DNA from: the human T2T-CHM13v2.0 reference genome, Homo sapiens
DNA: 64,000 nucleotides
Assembly (NCBI RefSeq): GCF_009914755.1
Contig: NC_060932.1
Reading direction: 5' to 3' (one strand)
Position numbers and translations under genes: made by a program. How positions within the stretch are numbered: position 1 is the stretch's first letter; every line of letters begins with the position of its first letter. A model generated the notes under the pieces. It had not been told where the DNA came from. It saw only the letters and a list, made by a program, of their open reading frames with translations, and did no database searches. Below, in pieces: positions 50,800-63,810 of the stretch.

Positions 50800-52760
50800 T
50801 GAACGTTCCTGCAATTTTCCCTCTCTGCTATTGTTCTCTCATATGGGTCCTTCCATCAGGAATTTTCACCTAAACATCTCCAATCTTAAAAGAACAACAA
50901 CACAATTTATTTCAGCTTCATATTCTGCTCCAGCAAACAGACTCCTTGTTTTCATTTATTCTTCAAATCATTCTACTTTGACTTCTACTTCAGTCACTTC
51001 ACTGAAATAGCTCCCAATGTGGTGAATGTTGTGTCAGTGGTTCACAGCACCAGATTCACTGAGCATACTTCAGAATTCGTCTTACTTCTCAGTAGTGCCT
51101 GACATTTTTGATTACTGTTTGTCTTTTAATATGCTTTATTTCCTCAGCCCTTTTCAAACTACCAGTTTTACCCAATACCAATCTTTAAGATTCATGCATA
51201 TGGTCAAATGCACATCTGGTTTGTTGCTTCTGACTGCTGCAGAGTATTCCATAGTGATGTCGATGAATTTTACTTATAAGCTCCCCCAGTATTGAACAGG
51301 TGAGTTGAACAGGTAAATTGTCACGGAGTCCTTGCTATGAAAAGCAACAGAACAGTTTCCTCATAGAAGTTCTCTAATGGACCAGTGGGGGTTTCTCAGA
51401 ATACATATATGCAGGAGTGAGATTTCTCATTTATGGAACACACTCGGACTGGAATTCACTAACTGGTACTTGATTGATAGCCAGAAATATGTGTAATTTC
51501 TAATTTCAAAGAAGTGTCTGTCTCTCTGTATCTTCACCAACATTTGATTTTATCCCGCTGTCTAATTATTTGGTATTATGATGGATATAAAAAGGAATTT
51601 CACTTATGTATTAATATTCATTTTTTAAATTACAGTGGAGTTGGACATATCATGATATTCTTATTAGCTCTTTCATATTATCCTTTTGTAAATGTCTCAG
51701 CTATATCCTTTGTCCATTATCCCATAAAGCTTTCTTATTAATTTCTCTCTCTCTTAGACAACAATATCAATGTTAAAATTTTCAAAACCTATCTTTTTGG
51801 AATGGTACCCAAATTCATATTGCTATCCCAGTCAGTTTTCCTAGTTCTAGTTCCAACTCCGTAATTGAGTACTTCATACAGAGGTCTTAAAGGCATCACA
51901 GACTCAGCACACCCAACGCTAACTGATGCTCCTCTGACTCTCCTCTGCTATCATATGGGTTTTGTCTGGTGCTTGTTATCGCTGAATATCACTCAATCCA
52001 CCTACTTGGTGACCCAAGGGCCTTCTCTAACACTTTTCTCTTCCTTCCTCCTCATGCTTATTCTGTTACCAAGACCTCTGTGGTATTTGCAATCTCTCCT
52101 CAGTTCACCTAATCCTATTTACCATATCTTTATTTTGCTCCAGATGAAGATACTTAATAACTCTACTGTGCTATGACAATTTGATCTCCCTACTCCATTT
52201 TTTGGTCATGTATTTTGTGCCATTTATTTTTTATTTATTATATTTTGACAAATTATATTTGTATATATTTATAGGATATAGTGCAATATATTTTCCACAT
52301 TGAAACCATTAAAACTGTGGATGTCTCCTCTGCTGGAAACAATTCAGTGGTTCCCATTGCTTTGGGGATCCAGGCTAGGTGTCTTAGTATTGTCCACAGC
52401 AGCTTCATGGTCTGGTTCCTGCCTAATGCTATGGCTGAATCTTATAAAACTACTGTATCAGCCCTCACTTCTTTTACCATTCATATAGGTTAATCCCTTT
52501 TTCATCTTTTAGGTACCAGTTCAAAATATTGCTTTCTCAGGAAAAATTTCTTGGTGTCCTGAGTCAAATTTCTTTGTGATATGGCCTAAGTAATGTATAT
52601 ATTTCGTGTAGGTCAACTATCTCTTTGTGATTGAGTATCTATTTGGGTAACTATATAATTAATATTTGTCTTTCCCATTACTGTTCAAGAAATCACATAC
52701 TATGAACTTTTGTGTTCCCAGGTGTGCACCATGGCCACTCAAGCTACATATGCTGTACAG
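50800..52760. mobile_element. Composite of degenerate L2 (+) interrupted by L1ME (-, about 51150-51740) and a short L1MA 3' end (-, about 52200-52285)
   Basis: L2 motifs 'cacttcactgaaatagctc' and 'tcagtggttcccattgct'; L1 motifs 'taagattcatgcatatgg' and 'tcttcaccaacatttgat'. Confidence 0.5.
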
Positions 52761-54014
52761 ATTAATACATTTTGGATGTGGAAACGTGTGTGTGTTTGGG
52801 TATGTGGATGCATGTAAATTTAGAACAGAATATATAAAATCATTAGTTGTAGTGATAAGTAGTAAGATTACAGATGTTTTTTAAAATTATTGATAGTTAC
52901 TTTATTTCCTAAACTTGTATAATAAGAAAGTGGCATAAATTACTTCCAAATAACCAGTTCTCAGAATCCATTTGCTGAAGCTCTCCTTTCTGCAGCTTCA
53001 TTTTCTCTAAAAATATAAAATCTTTGGTCTTCTTCTGCCATTACTTCTTTATCAAAGGATGTAAATTCACATTCTAATGGCTCTCAAGGGAGCAGCACTG
53101 GATAGTAAGCTAAATAACTAGTTACATGTTACTTGCACTGATTAATTGCTTAAAATCAATTAGCCCAATTGGAGAAAACAAGCAATGTTTTTGCTGAAAG
53201 AGTCATAGGGGACAGTAGCATGCATTTTTTCCTGCATAAATTGCTGCTTTTTAATAGGGAGTTACTTGCTTTAAAAAATCAAATGATTCTTTGTCAAAAT
53301 AAAGAAAGAAATTAGCCTTTTTGATGCAAAATAATATCGATGACATTTATATTAGCAAATTTAAGATGAATAAAATTTTACTTTAAATGTGTTTGATTCC
53401 CTTAAAATCCTGTCCCTTTAAGGACAGCAAAGTAGATTTTATTTCTCAGGTTATTTGATGAGTTTAGGACCACATGGTAAAGATTAGGTAGCACTGGTAC
53501 TATAACTCAGGACTTTTGATCAGAAGGTCAGTTTTTTTTTTCCTGAATTTATTATTTTACTATCCATAGACCATCTTCTCCTGGAAGTCTGAACTACTTG
53601 CTAACTCTTACGTACAAGGTGGAGACACCAGGCAGGGAGACATTCCTCTCTATTACAAAACTACTGGTATTTAATAAATGTCGTAATGTAAAGGATACTG
53701 TTACTTATTCATATGACCATTTCAGGTAAGTGATATTATTCATAATACACAGAAGAGAAAAGTGGCTCCTAAAGGGCTTGGATATTTAAGCACGTTTACG
53801 AAGACAATAAGTAAAAAAAAAAATCTGGATTGAATAATCATGTTCTATCCTTTCAGCAAAATCACTGAGGATAAATTAAGGACTACACCTAGCATAGAAG
53901 GATGGGATTCGAAGGTGAACATCTTGTTTACCTATGATAAGGCCAGATACAAACACTCCAAATTTTCATTCTTCTTTTATAAACGACCAGCTGAACTAAT
54001 TGTTTCCATACATA

Positions 54015-55282
54015 GGGTTTGCCTCATAATCCCAAAGGACACAACCTCAAACACCATAATACCAAAAGTCTAAATCCTTAAAGTCTAAAATATCTAACAT
54101 CTTAAATACTGAAAATTACAATTATAGGATAGTTGCAAAATGTTATGTACAACTATTATCTTGTTATTGTCTTCATGCAGAAGAAAATGGATTTTAATTG
54201 AATTCCCAAGCCACAATGACAGATTTGAAGTAAAGTGCAATCAAGGCTTCTAAAAGTGAATTTCAAGGTATTACCAATAAAATTTGTTTTGTTCATTTAT
54301 CTCAATACATTTGACAAAAATTCACATGTTTGGAAGCCAATATGATATGGCAAGGATGAAAACTTAAGTTTAAAAATGTGCTATTTGTCTGCAGTGGAAT
54401 TTTTTCCAGGTTATGACATTCCAGGAGTTTTCAATGAATTAAAGCCATATTTGCTTGAATAAAACAGTGAAGTTACTAACTGGCTCTAAAATAATTATGT
54501 GCATAGTAGAAAAAAAAGACAGTTGAGCAATGGTGTGGTCACTCAATTACCAATATTGTTTCTACCAAATTTGTGGTTTGTATGTGAATGCATTTGGAAT
54601 AGATGTCCACATATGCCCCCAAAACATAGAAGCATGGCACAGTGGGAAAATTAAATAAGCAATTCTTATGTAAGTGTATACTGAATCATTGAAGAATTTC
54701 AAACAGCAACAGCACTGCCTAGTAGAAAATGAATGTCTTAAAAGGAAAAAAAAAAAATTGCTACTCCCTGTGATTCAAGATTTCAAAATATAGGTAATGT
54801 TCGTGAAAGATGGCCAGCTCTTATGGACTGTCTCTGTGCAATTGCCCGTAATCTATTTCTACAATATGTTTTTTCACATGTCAATTTTTGTTTTAGGTTT
54901 TTGAGTTGTTGTTTTATTTTCTTTTCTAGATCCTTCTTTTTGTTTTTGCTGATTTTTAAAAATATTTTACATTGATTACCACTATTGTTTCATGCTTCAC
55001 TGTGCTGTATATATCATCTTCTCATCATTTCCAGTAATTAGGGTATAAATTGTTTTAAAAGTTTTGGAGAATTATAATTCATTATATGTATTTTTTTTCA
55101 AAAGAGACTCCACGAAAATGCATTATCACAATGTTGACTTTGTGTGTAAGCATAGCATGTGAATACAGAAACATTGACACTTGTTTGGTAGATGAAGATA
55201 AGTCCTTTTTGTACTTTTGTATTTGTGAAAGATAAAATGTCGTGAGATCTTGGCTTTTTGGGTGACTGGTGCAGTAGTGCTG
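54015..55282 (+). mobile_element. Ricksha (MULE/MuDR) DNA transposon: left TIR and decayed transposase, right part missing
   Basis: TIR 'gggtttgcctcataatcccaaaggacacaacc'; 54216-54314 translates to MTDLK*SAIKASKSEFQGITNKICFVHLSQYI*, containing the MULE D...CxxH motif. Confidence 0.85.
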
Positions 55283-55656
55283 TGTATTAGTCCATTCTCA
55301 TGCTACTATTAAAGACATATCCAAGACTGGGTAATTTATAAAGGAAAGAGGTTTTATTGACTTACAGTTCTACAGGGCTGGGTTGGCTCAGGAAACTTAC
55401 AACCATGGTGGAAGGGGAAGAAAACACATCCCTCTTAACATGGTGGCAGCGAGGAGAAGTGCAGAGCAAAAGGGGGAAAAGCCCCTTATAAAACCATCAG
55501 ATCTTGTGAGAACTCACTCACTATCATAAAAACAGTATGGGGAAAGCTGCCCCCATGATTCAATTAGCTCCTCCTTGTCCCTCCCACAACATGTGGGGAT
55601 TATAGGAACTTCAATTTAAGATGAAATTTGAGTGGGGGCACAGCCAAACCATATCA
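55283..55656 (-). mobile_element. THE1C-like MaLR 3' LTR
   Basis: Plus-strand termini tgtattagtcc...ccaaaccatatca; internal sequence follows directly. Confidence 0.93.
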
Positions 55657-56358
55657 TTCTGCTGCTGGTTCCTCCCAAATCTCATGTTCTCATAATTTAA
55701 AACACAATAATGCCCTTCCAACAGTCCCCCAAAGTCTTAACTCATTCCAGCATTAACTCAAAAGTCCAAGTCCAAAGTTTCACTGGAGACAAGACAAGTC
55801 TCTTCTACTTATGAGCCTGTAAAATTAAAAGAAAGTTAGTTACTTCCTAAATACACTGGAGTACTGGGTAAATACACCCATTTCAAATGGGAGAAATTGA
55901 TCAAAATGAAGGGGTTACAGGCCTCATGCAAGTCTGAAATCCAATAGGGCAATCATTCAACCTTAAAGTTCCAAAATGATCTCCTTTGACTTCATGTCTC
56001 ATATCCAGGGCACACTGATGCAAGAAGTGGCCTCCTATGGCCCTGGGCACCTCTGCCCCTGTGGCTTTGCAGGTTACAGCCTCCCTACCACAAGCTTTTA
56101 TGAGCTGGGGTTGAATGTCTGTGTCTTTTTCAGGCACACAGTGAAAGGTGTTGGTGGATCTACACTTCTAGGGTCTGGGGGACAGTGGCCCTTTCTCACA
56201 GCTCCACAACGCAGTGCCCCAGTGGGAACTCTGGGGACTCCGACCCCACATTTCCCTTCTGCACTGCCCTAGCAGAGGTTCTCCATGGGGAATCTGCCTC
56301 TGCAGCAAACTTCTGCCTGGACATCTAGGCGATTTCATATATCCCCTGGAATGTAGGT
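55657..56358 (-). mobile_element. THE1 internal sequence, 3' portion only
   Basis: 'cattccagcattaactcaaaagtcc...atgagcctgtaaaat...cagtgccccagtggg...gcagcaaacttctgcctggacatc'. Confidence 0.92.
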
Positions 56359-56778
56359 GGTTGGGGTGATCGGACCAAACACAAGGTTGTGGGGGTGACG
56401 AAGTGCGGCAGAGTCAAAGGAATGAGAAAAGACAGTTTGAGAGAGAAAGTGGGTCCAGGGGGCCATCGCTAAGTATGGAGGCAGTGAAGGCCCCAAGCTC
56501 TGGAAGCCCAGACTATTTATTGGTGATCAAAGAAACAGGTGGTGAGAATGTGGGGGTCAAAAGGGCGCGTTGCATTAAGCACATGATTTACAGCTGTGAC
56601 AGTTTACCATATGCTCTGCTACTTGAGATAAAGGTTCTTTTAACTCAAGATACAATCTATTCTGGGAGAGCAAGGAGCAAGGAGCCAGCAAGTCTAGACA
56701 CATTCCAGAGGCCAAGAGTCCTGGTTTCTATCCAAGCCACGAGGGGTTTTATGCCCTGGGCTTAGATGATGGTGCGTC
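56359..56778 (-). mobile_element. LTR14B-like (HERV-K14/HML-1 group) LTR, 5'-truncated
   Basis: Minus strand 'ggaatgtgtctagacttgctggctccttgc...caccaataaatag...ggtccgatcaccccaac'. Confidence 0.8.
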
Positions 56779-56859
56779 AATCAAGAAGGAAGATTTCTTC
56801 CTTCTTGATTTTAAGGTTCTCCTATTATTTGATATTTCTGGACAAACAAAAGAGTGTTA

Positions 56860-57010
56860 CATCTCTGTATACTCTTTTCACTCCAAATTGTTTGTAAGCA
56901 CCCTGAGGATTGAGGTGACATTTTGGTCATCTTTCTGCCTCTAATAACTTAACAGAGTAACCGGCCTAGAGTAAGAACTCATTATTACTAGTCTACTCAT
57001 TCAGTGACTA
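56860..57010 (+). mobile_element. L2 3' end (degenerate)
   Basis: 'tgtaagcaccctgagg...cttaacagagtaaccggcctagagtaagaactc'. Confidence 0.45.
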
Positions 57011-57099
57011 ATTAGAGATGATTTACTCAAAATGAGCAATAGAAAGTTTAGTCTTATCTTTTGGGATGTTTTTCCAGATTAGAGTCTGCCTGGGCTGCT

Positions 57100-60000
57100 T
57101 AATAATCTCATTATGTGTAAAGAGAAATGGTATGATTTTAGCTATGAGTTTGTCATATTTCAACTTTTCCCTGTTTGATATGATGTTAGCTATGAGTTTG
57201 TCATATGTTAGCTATGAGTTTGGTGTGATGTTAGCTATGAGTTTGTGTCATATATATGATGCTTGCTATGAGTTTGCCTTTATGGTGTTCAGATATATTC
57301 CTTCTATACCTAATTTATTCAGAGTTTTTGTAATGAAAATTTAAAAATTTTGAATGTGAAAAATTTTTCAATTTTTTTTTTTCATTTGTTGAGATTATTA
57401 TGTGTTTTTTTTCTTTTTCTTTTTTGGATTTCAACATGGTAAGCTACATTAGTTGATTTTTGAATGATGTACTAAATTTGCATTCCTGGGCTAAATCTCA
57501 GTGGGTCAGCATGTGGTAACTCACTTACGAGTGTGTTCCTCAGCTGATTAACTTATATTTTCTTTATGACTTTTGCATCTATGTTGATGAGAGAAAGTTG
57601 TCTATAGTCCTCTTTTCTTTAAACGTCTTTTTTTTTCTGGTTTTGGCATCAGGCTAATGTCGGCACCATAAAATCACTTGGGAAGTGTACTCCCATGCTC
57701 TGAGTGCTGATATAGTGCAGGTAGGGTTGATTTATTGCCCTTTAAGTGTTTATTAGCATTAACTAGTGAAGCCATCTGGGCTTATTTAATTTGTTGGAAG
57801 GCTTTTAGCTAAGCTTTTCATAAATATAAGGCTTCTTATGTAAGCTTGGTTAGTTTTTGTCTTTCCAGGAATTTGTCCATTGTGAGTTTGTTATAGACTC
57901 AAGTTAAGTTTAAGTTTGTCCAGTAGGAGTTTAACTTATATACTGGGATAACATTTTCATGATATTCCATTACTATCTGTTTAATGTTGGCAGATTTTCT
58001 AGTGATTACTAATATTTAATTTCTGATATTGATAATTATTTCTATTTTTTCAATCAGTATATGTATATTATTAGTTTTATTTTTCTTTTAGAAGAACTAA
58101 GTTTTGTTTTTATATTTTTCACTGTTTTTCTGTTGTCTATTACATTGATCTCTTAAATCGTTATTTTTATTCTAATGCCAACTTTAAATTTTTACATTAG
58201 TCTTTTGTCTTACTCTTGAATCCGAGGTAATTGAATTTGGGACTTATTTCTTTGTTAATATAAGGACTCAAAACTAATCTTTTAAAGAATTGTAATTCAC
58301 TTTACATACAGATTTTGATGTGTTTGCTTTCATTATAAGATACTTAAAAATATTTCATAATTTCCTATGTGATTCCCTACTTGGCCTACGTGTTATTTCA
58401 AGTTGTGATGTTTTATTTCAAAACATTTGAAAATTTTTCAGATACTTTTCTCTTATTGATTTCTACTTTGCTTACATTTTAATAAAAAAATACCCTGTAT
58501 AATTCCAATCATTTAAAATATATTAAGACTCATTGTAGGGCCCATTTTATGGTCTATCTTGATGAATCTACCTTGATAAGTAATGCGTGTGCACATATTT
58601 TCTTACTTTGAATTCTTGTAAATGTGTCAGTTAAATCAACACGATTAATAGTGTTTTTTGAGTTACTCTTACTATATTTTATTTACTTGTTCTAGCAATT
58701 ACTGTAAGAGTATTATAGTTATCTCCAAGTATATGTGTAGATTTTCTTTTCCATTCATGTTTTTCAGCTTCAGTTTTATGCATTTTTATGTTATCTTATT
58801 GGGTACATAGAAGTTTAGGATAGTTATGTCTTCATGAGGAATTAACAACTTTATAAAGTGTTACATAATTGTATGATTATAAAATGTTTTTCTTCTTTTT
58901 TAACCCCTGTCATATTTCTTATTTGAATTCTGATTTCTAGTGATGTTATTATAGCCACCCCAGTTATATTTTTATTAATATTATATTACTATGTTTTCCC
59001 AACCCTGTACTTTTAAGATAATAATAATATCTTTATATTTAAATTGGTTTCCTACCAGACAAGTAGGGCTTTGTTTATTATTAAGTTTGATCATGTTGCT
59101 TTTTAATTGGAGCATTAAGACCATCTATCTTTAATGTAATTATTTATGTTGTTAGGTTTAAATCTACCATACTTTTATTTGTTTTCTTCATTTTTTAAAT
59201 TTTTTTCTCCCCATACCTTCTTTTAGATTACATGAGTATATTTTTAGTATTCCATTTTATTTTTACCATTGGAATAGTAGTGATAAAATTATGTTTCATT
59301 TTTTAAATAATTACTCTGAAATTTGAAATATATATCTTGAAATAATCATGGTGTATTTTTAAGTAACATTAAACAACTTTTCGTGTAGGGTTAAAAGTTA
59401 CATCGACACACTTTTATTTCCTATTCCTCTCCTGTGTGCTTTTGAAATCATACATTCTACTTCTAAATATGCAATAAAATCTATAAAACAGTGTTGTTAA
59501 TTGTGTTTTACATAATAATCATTATAAAATTATAAAAATAAAACTACTTAACATTTATGCATATATTTATTATTAGGGTTCTCTGATAAGTCCAAATTTT
59601 ATCTGGTATCATTTCTTTAAGACTGAAGCACTTTATTTAGTATGTCTGGCTGTGTTGGTTCACTACTCATAGATTCTCTTAGCTTTAGTGTTTCTGAAAG
59701 AGTTTTGGCTTCGTGTTTATTTTCAAAGCATATTTTAATTGTTGTTTGAAAATGCACTTTGGAAATGTAATTTCACCCTTTTCTTATTTGAATAGTTTCT
59801 AATGAAACTGTGATATATTTATCTTTGCTTTCCTGTTTATAGTTTTTTTTTTTATTCTAGAGCTTTAAGATCTTCTCTTTATACTGTATTAGGCAACTGA
59901 TTATGATTACCTGAAATTTGCTTAGTTTGATTTTCGTCCTCTTAAGTTTAATAGAACTCCTTGGATCTGTAAGTATGTGGTTTTTAACAATCATTTTGCC

Positions 60001-60780
60001 TTATTATATCATTTTTTCTGTTTCCCAACTCTCTTCCCTCTTGATGGTACCCCAGTAATACACGTTGTAATATTTGATATTTTCCTACAGATTACTAAGG
60101 ATCTGATAAATTATTATTTAATGCTTTTGCTTGTTTTAAATTTTTTTGTCTTTTTTCCCTTGGTCCTTTACTGTGGATGGTGTCTATTGCTATGTCTTCA
60201 ACTTCATTGATATTTTCTTTTCTGTTAGTTTCTAATCTGTTGGTAATCCATCCAATTACTTTTTAAATTTCAAGTACTTCATTTTTTAAAACTAGAGATT
60301 CTACTTTGTTTTCTTTATGCCTTTTAATTTATATTCTTCGTGTCTTTACATACTTCAATCTATTCATAATCTATTAATAATAAATATTCTAAAATTATTG
60401 TCTATTAAATCCTTTATCTCTGTCATCTATAGGTCTGCTTTTATTTACTGATTTTTTTGAGATGTAGATCACTTTTTCCTACTTTTTCACATGTTAAGCA
60501 ATTTATTTTGATAATAAGTAGTTTGAATTGTATATGTTTATGCAAGATTTTGTTGTATTTCTTTATACTGTGTTGGCCTTTATTCTGGTGAGCAGGTATG
60601 TTACTTTTGTATCAGCTCAATCTTTTGGAAGTAGTTGTAAAATTTGCTTGAATGAATTTAATGATGTTATACTCAGGACCTAATTTATTCCTATTACTAA
60701 AGGATGTTCCTTTAGGGGTTCCTATTAGATGTGCTGGTAGTAACAAAGACTCAAGTTCAGATTGGTATGCCTTCATTTGT
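57100..60780 (-). mobile_element. Old L1M (L1MD/ME-like) ORF2 5' half through ORF1, heavily decayed
   Basis: 'tggttttggcatcaggctaatg...cataaaatcacttgggaagtgt...actagtgaagccatctgggc' and T-rich antisense L1 composition. Confidence 0.75.
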
Positions 60781-61879
60781 CCACAGCCTAGCAATCTCTT
60801 AGAACTGCTTGTCTTACAGATCCCTACTCATGTGTAGCTCAAAGCTCATCAACTCAGAGTTATAAACTCAAGGATATAACTTTATGCTATTATCAGCAAC
60901 TTTTTCTATGGGTAGTTTCTTCTCTCGTACCCTGCAGCCTCCTCCTGTTCCTCCCTGCATTCCAGTCTCTGTCTTTTCAATTCAGGAATATTATTGCGCT
61001 CTCCTTGGTATTCCTCTGTCTGCACTGTGGTGTAGAAGGTAGGTGTCTCCAGGCAGAAGAATGCCTTATTTGTTTGCATTCTCTTGGAGTTGATCTTTGC
61101 CTTCTTCTTGTTATCATCCTGTATGTTCAAATCTTAATTTCTCTTTACCCAGATCCAGAATTGAGTGTTAATTTGTTTATGGGGGATTACATTTTTAAAA
61201 ATTATTTCACCTATTTTAAAAATATCTTATGCTCATCTAATCAACCTGGTAAGTAAGTGACTGCCCCCTTCATGTTATAGAAGATATTGAAATGAAAATA
61301 TCTCTGAGTTGCATAGCTAGATTTGAAAGATTCACATCTGTAAAACATGCTTTTTCACTACGAGTTTACTATTTTCCTGCTCTACCACGTCTCCTTTAAT
61401 TATTTAGTTTTAAAGATAAAAACTGCAAGGCCAAGCTCCCCTATCTCAAACCTTCTTATTCTTACTGATGAGAGTCCTTGATGGTTTTGAGGAGAGCAGT
61501 TTAGTTCTGTTCAGACTCCCCACTTACTATCACCTCCAACTCCCCAAGGAACAGTGAGTTCATTAACTCTTTCTTCAGAGAGCTGGTCTGGTGCATGTTG
61601 ACTGCCTTTGTACTTTTCTCCCGCAGTTTTTTTGTGAATGTCAAGGACCACTCCACAAGTACTTGAGGAGGCCTGCAGCAGAGATATCAACAGAGATAGA
61701 TAGAAAATGTAAATTGAGCCAATGTCTTCTGCAATAACTTTATCAGAGAGGAAAATAAACTGTGTCAAATGTCTCCTCAGTAGAGTGTAGAGATTAATGC
61801 CTGTTCCTTCCAATGGGATCAGACCCATAAGCCAAAAAAGCTGAAAGTAATTATTATTTACTTTATAAAGGGAGAGAAT

Positions 61880-62095
61880 AACTAATAACTGAATGCTTCC
61901 TATGTGCAGTTTTCCTTAAATATAGTGATTAATGTTTTAACCACATAAAGCAGGAATAATTTATCCTCATATTTTACTTGTAAAAAAACCTGATATTCAG
62001 AGACAAAAAAAAAATGGGTTTCTCAGTGTCACACAGCCAATAGATGTTGAAAGAGGTATAAATTGTTTACTGCTTGATTGAAAGGCCTGTTTTGG
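61880..62095 (-). mobile_element. MIR
   Basis: 'ctgaatgcttcctatgtgc...tatcctcatattttac...gtcacacagccaatag'. Confidence 0.55.
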
Positions 62096-62359
62096 ATTTT
62101 GCTAATACTTCTCAAATATCTCTGTACATATCTCCAGGGTGTTAATGTTACTGAAGTTTTTAGAAATTTTTGATTATATATAACTGAAAACAAATTTCAC
62201 TAACCTCAGCAAATTATGGGGAAAAATATTAACGGTATATTAAAATAAGTCAAGGAAAAGCTATTAAGAACCAATCTCAGAAAGATCAGCTTTCTGGATG
62301 CCCCTGGAATCTGTGGAGCAGAAGCAGAAAGCAACAGGACCTTGCTGTTGGGTCACTGC

Positions 62360-62918
62360 TGTTGTACCTGAGCGAGTTAGAGAAAACGCCACACTTTGAG
62401 ACGAATTAAGAGTCCGTTTATTTAGCCGGCGGCCAAGAAACGGCTAACGCTCAAAGTTCTCTCGGCCCCAAAGAAGGGGCTAGATTTTCTTTTATACTTT
62501 AGTTTAGAGAAGGGAAGGGGGGTCTAGTTAAAACAATTTTACAGAAGTAAAGTAGGCAAAAAAGTTAAAAGGATAAACGGTTACAGGAAAGTAAACAGTT
62601 CCAGGTGCAGGGGCTTTAAGACTATTACAAGGTGATAGACGCGGGGCTTTGGGTGTTATCAATTGGACGAATTCCTGAGAATTGCGGATTTTGCTCGCCA
62701 CAGTATCTCATCAGTTAATTGCATTCTTGGATGTGCTGGGAGTCAGCTTGCACCAGTTAAGTCCTTGAGGAAGGGGCTGCCAGTGAAAGAGGCAAGATGG
62801 AGTCTGTCTGGCTCTCTTAGCTAAGGGAGAGTCAGTTCAGGTGGAAACAAGGCTAGGTGATTAAAGGAAAAGGGAGAGTCTAAAAACAGGGTTAGTAAAA
62901 ACAAGGGTGGGCATTACA
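62360..62918 (-). mobile_element. Complete solo LTR6 (LTR6A/B; HERV-T/S71 group, ERV1)
   Basis: Minus strand 'tgtaatgcccacccttgtttttactaaccctg...ctcgctcaggtacaaca', 559 bp, exact 4-bp TSD CTGC (62356-62359 and 62919-62922). Confidence 0.9.
62417..62496 (-). promoter_or_regulatory. LTR6 TATA box (62490-62496) and AATAAA signal (62417-62422)
   Basis: The minus strand reads gTATAAAAg then aAATAAAc, in canonical U3/R order; activity is not shown by the sequence. Confidence 0.6.
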
Positions 62919-63089
62919 CTGCTATTGAGGTACACTGGCCTCAGACATGTTTCTGTTTGTTTGTATTTATTAAAAGGTGTTCCAAGCTCATATCAAATTA
63001 TCCAAAATAATAAAATAGGCATTCAAATGCTTACCATATATAATAAACTTTAATAGTTTGAGTTTCTTTACTTAAAATATATTTAAAAC

Positions 63090-63810
<721 letters not shown>

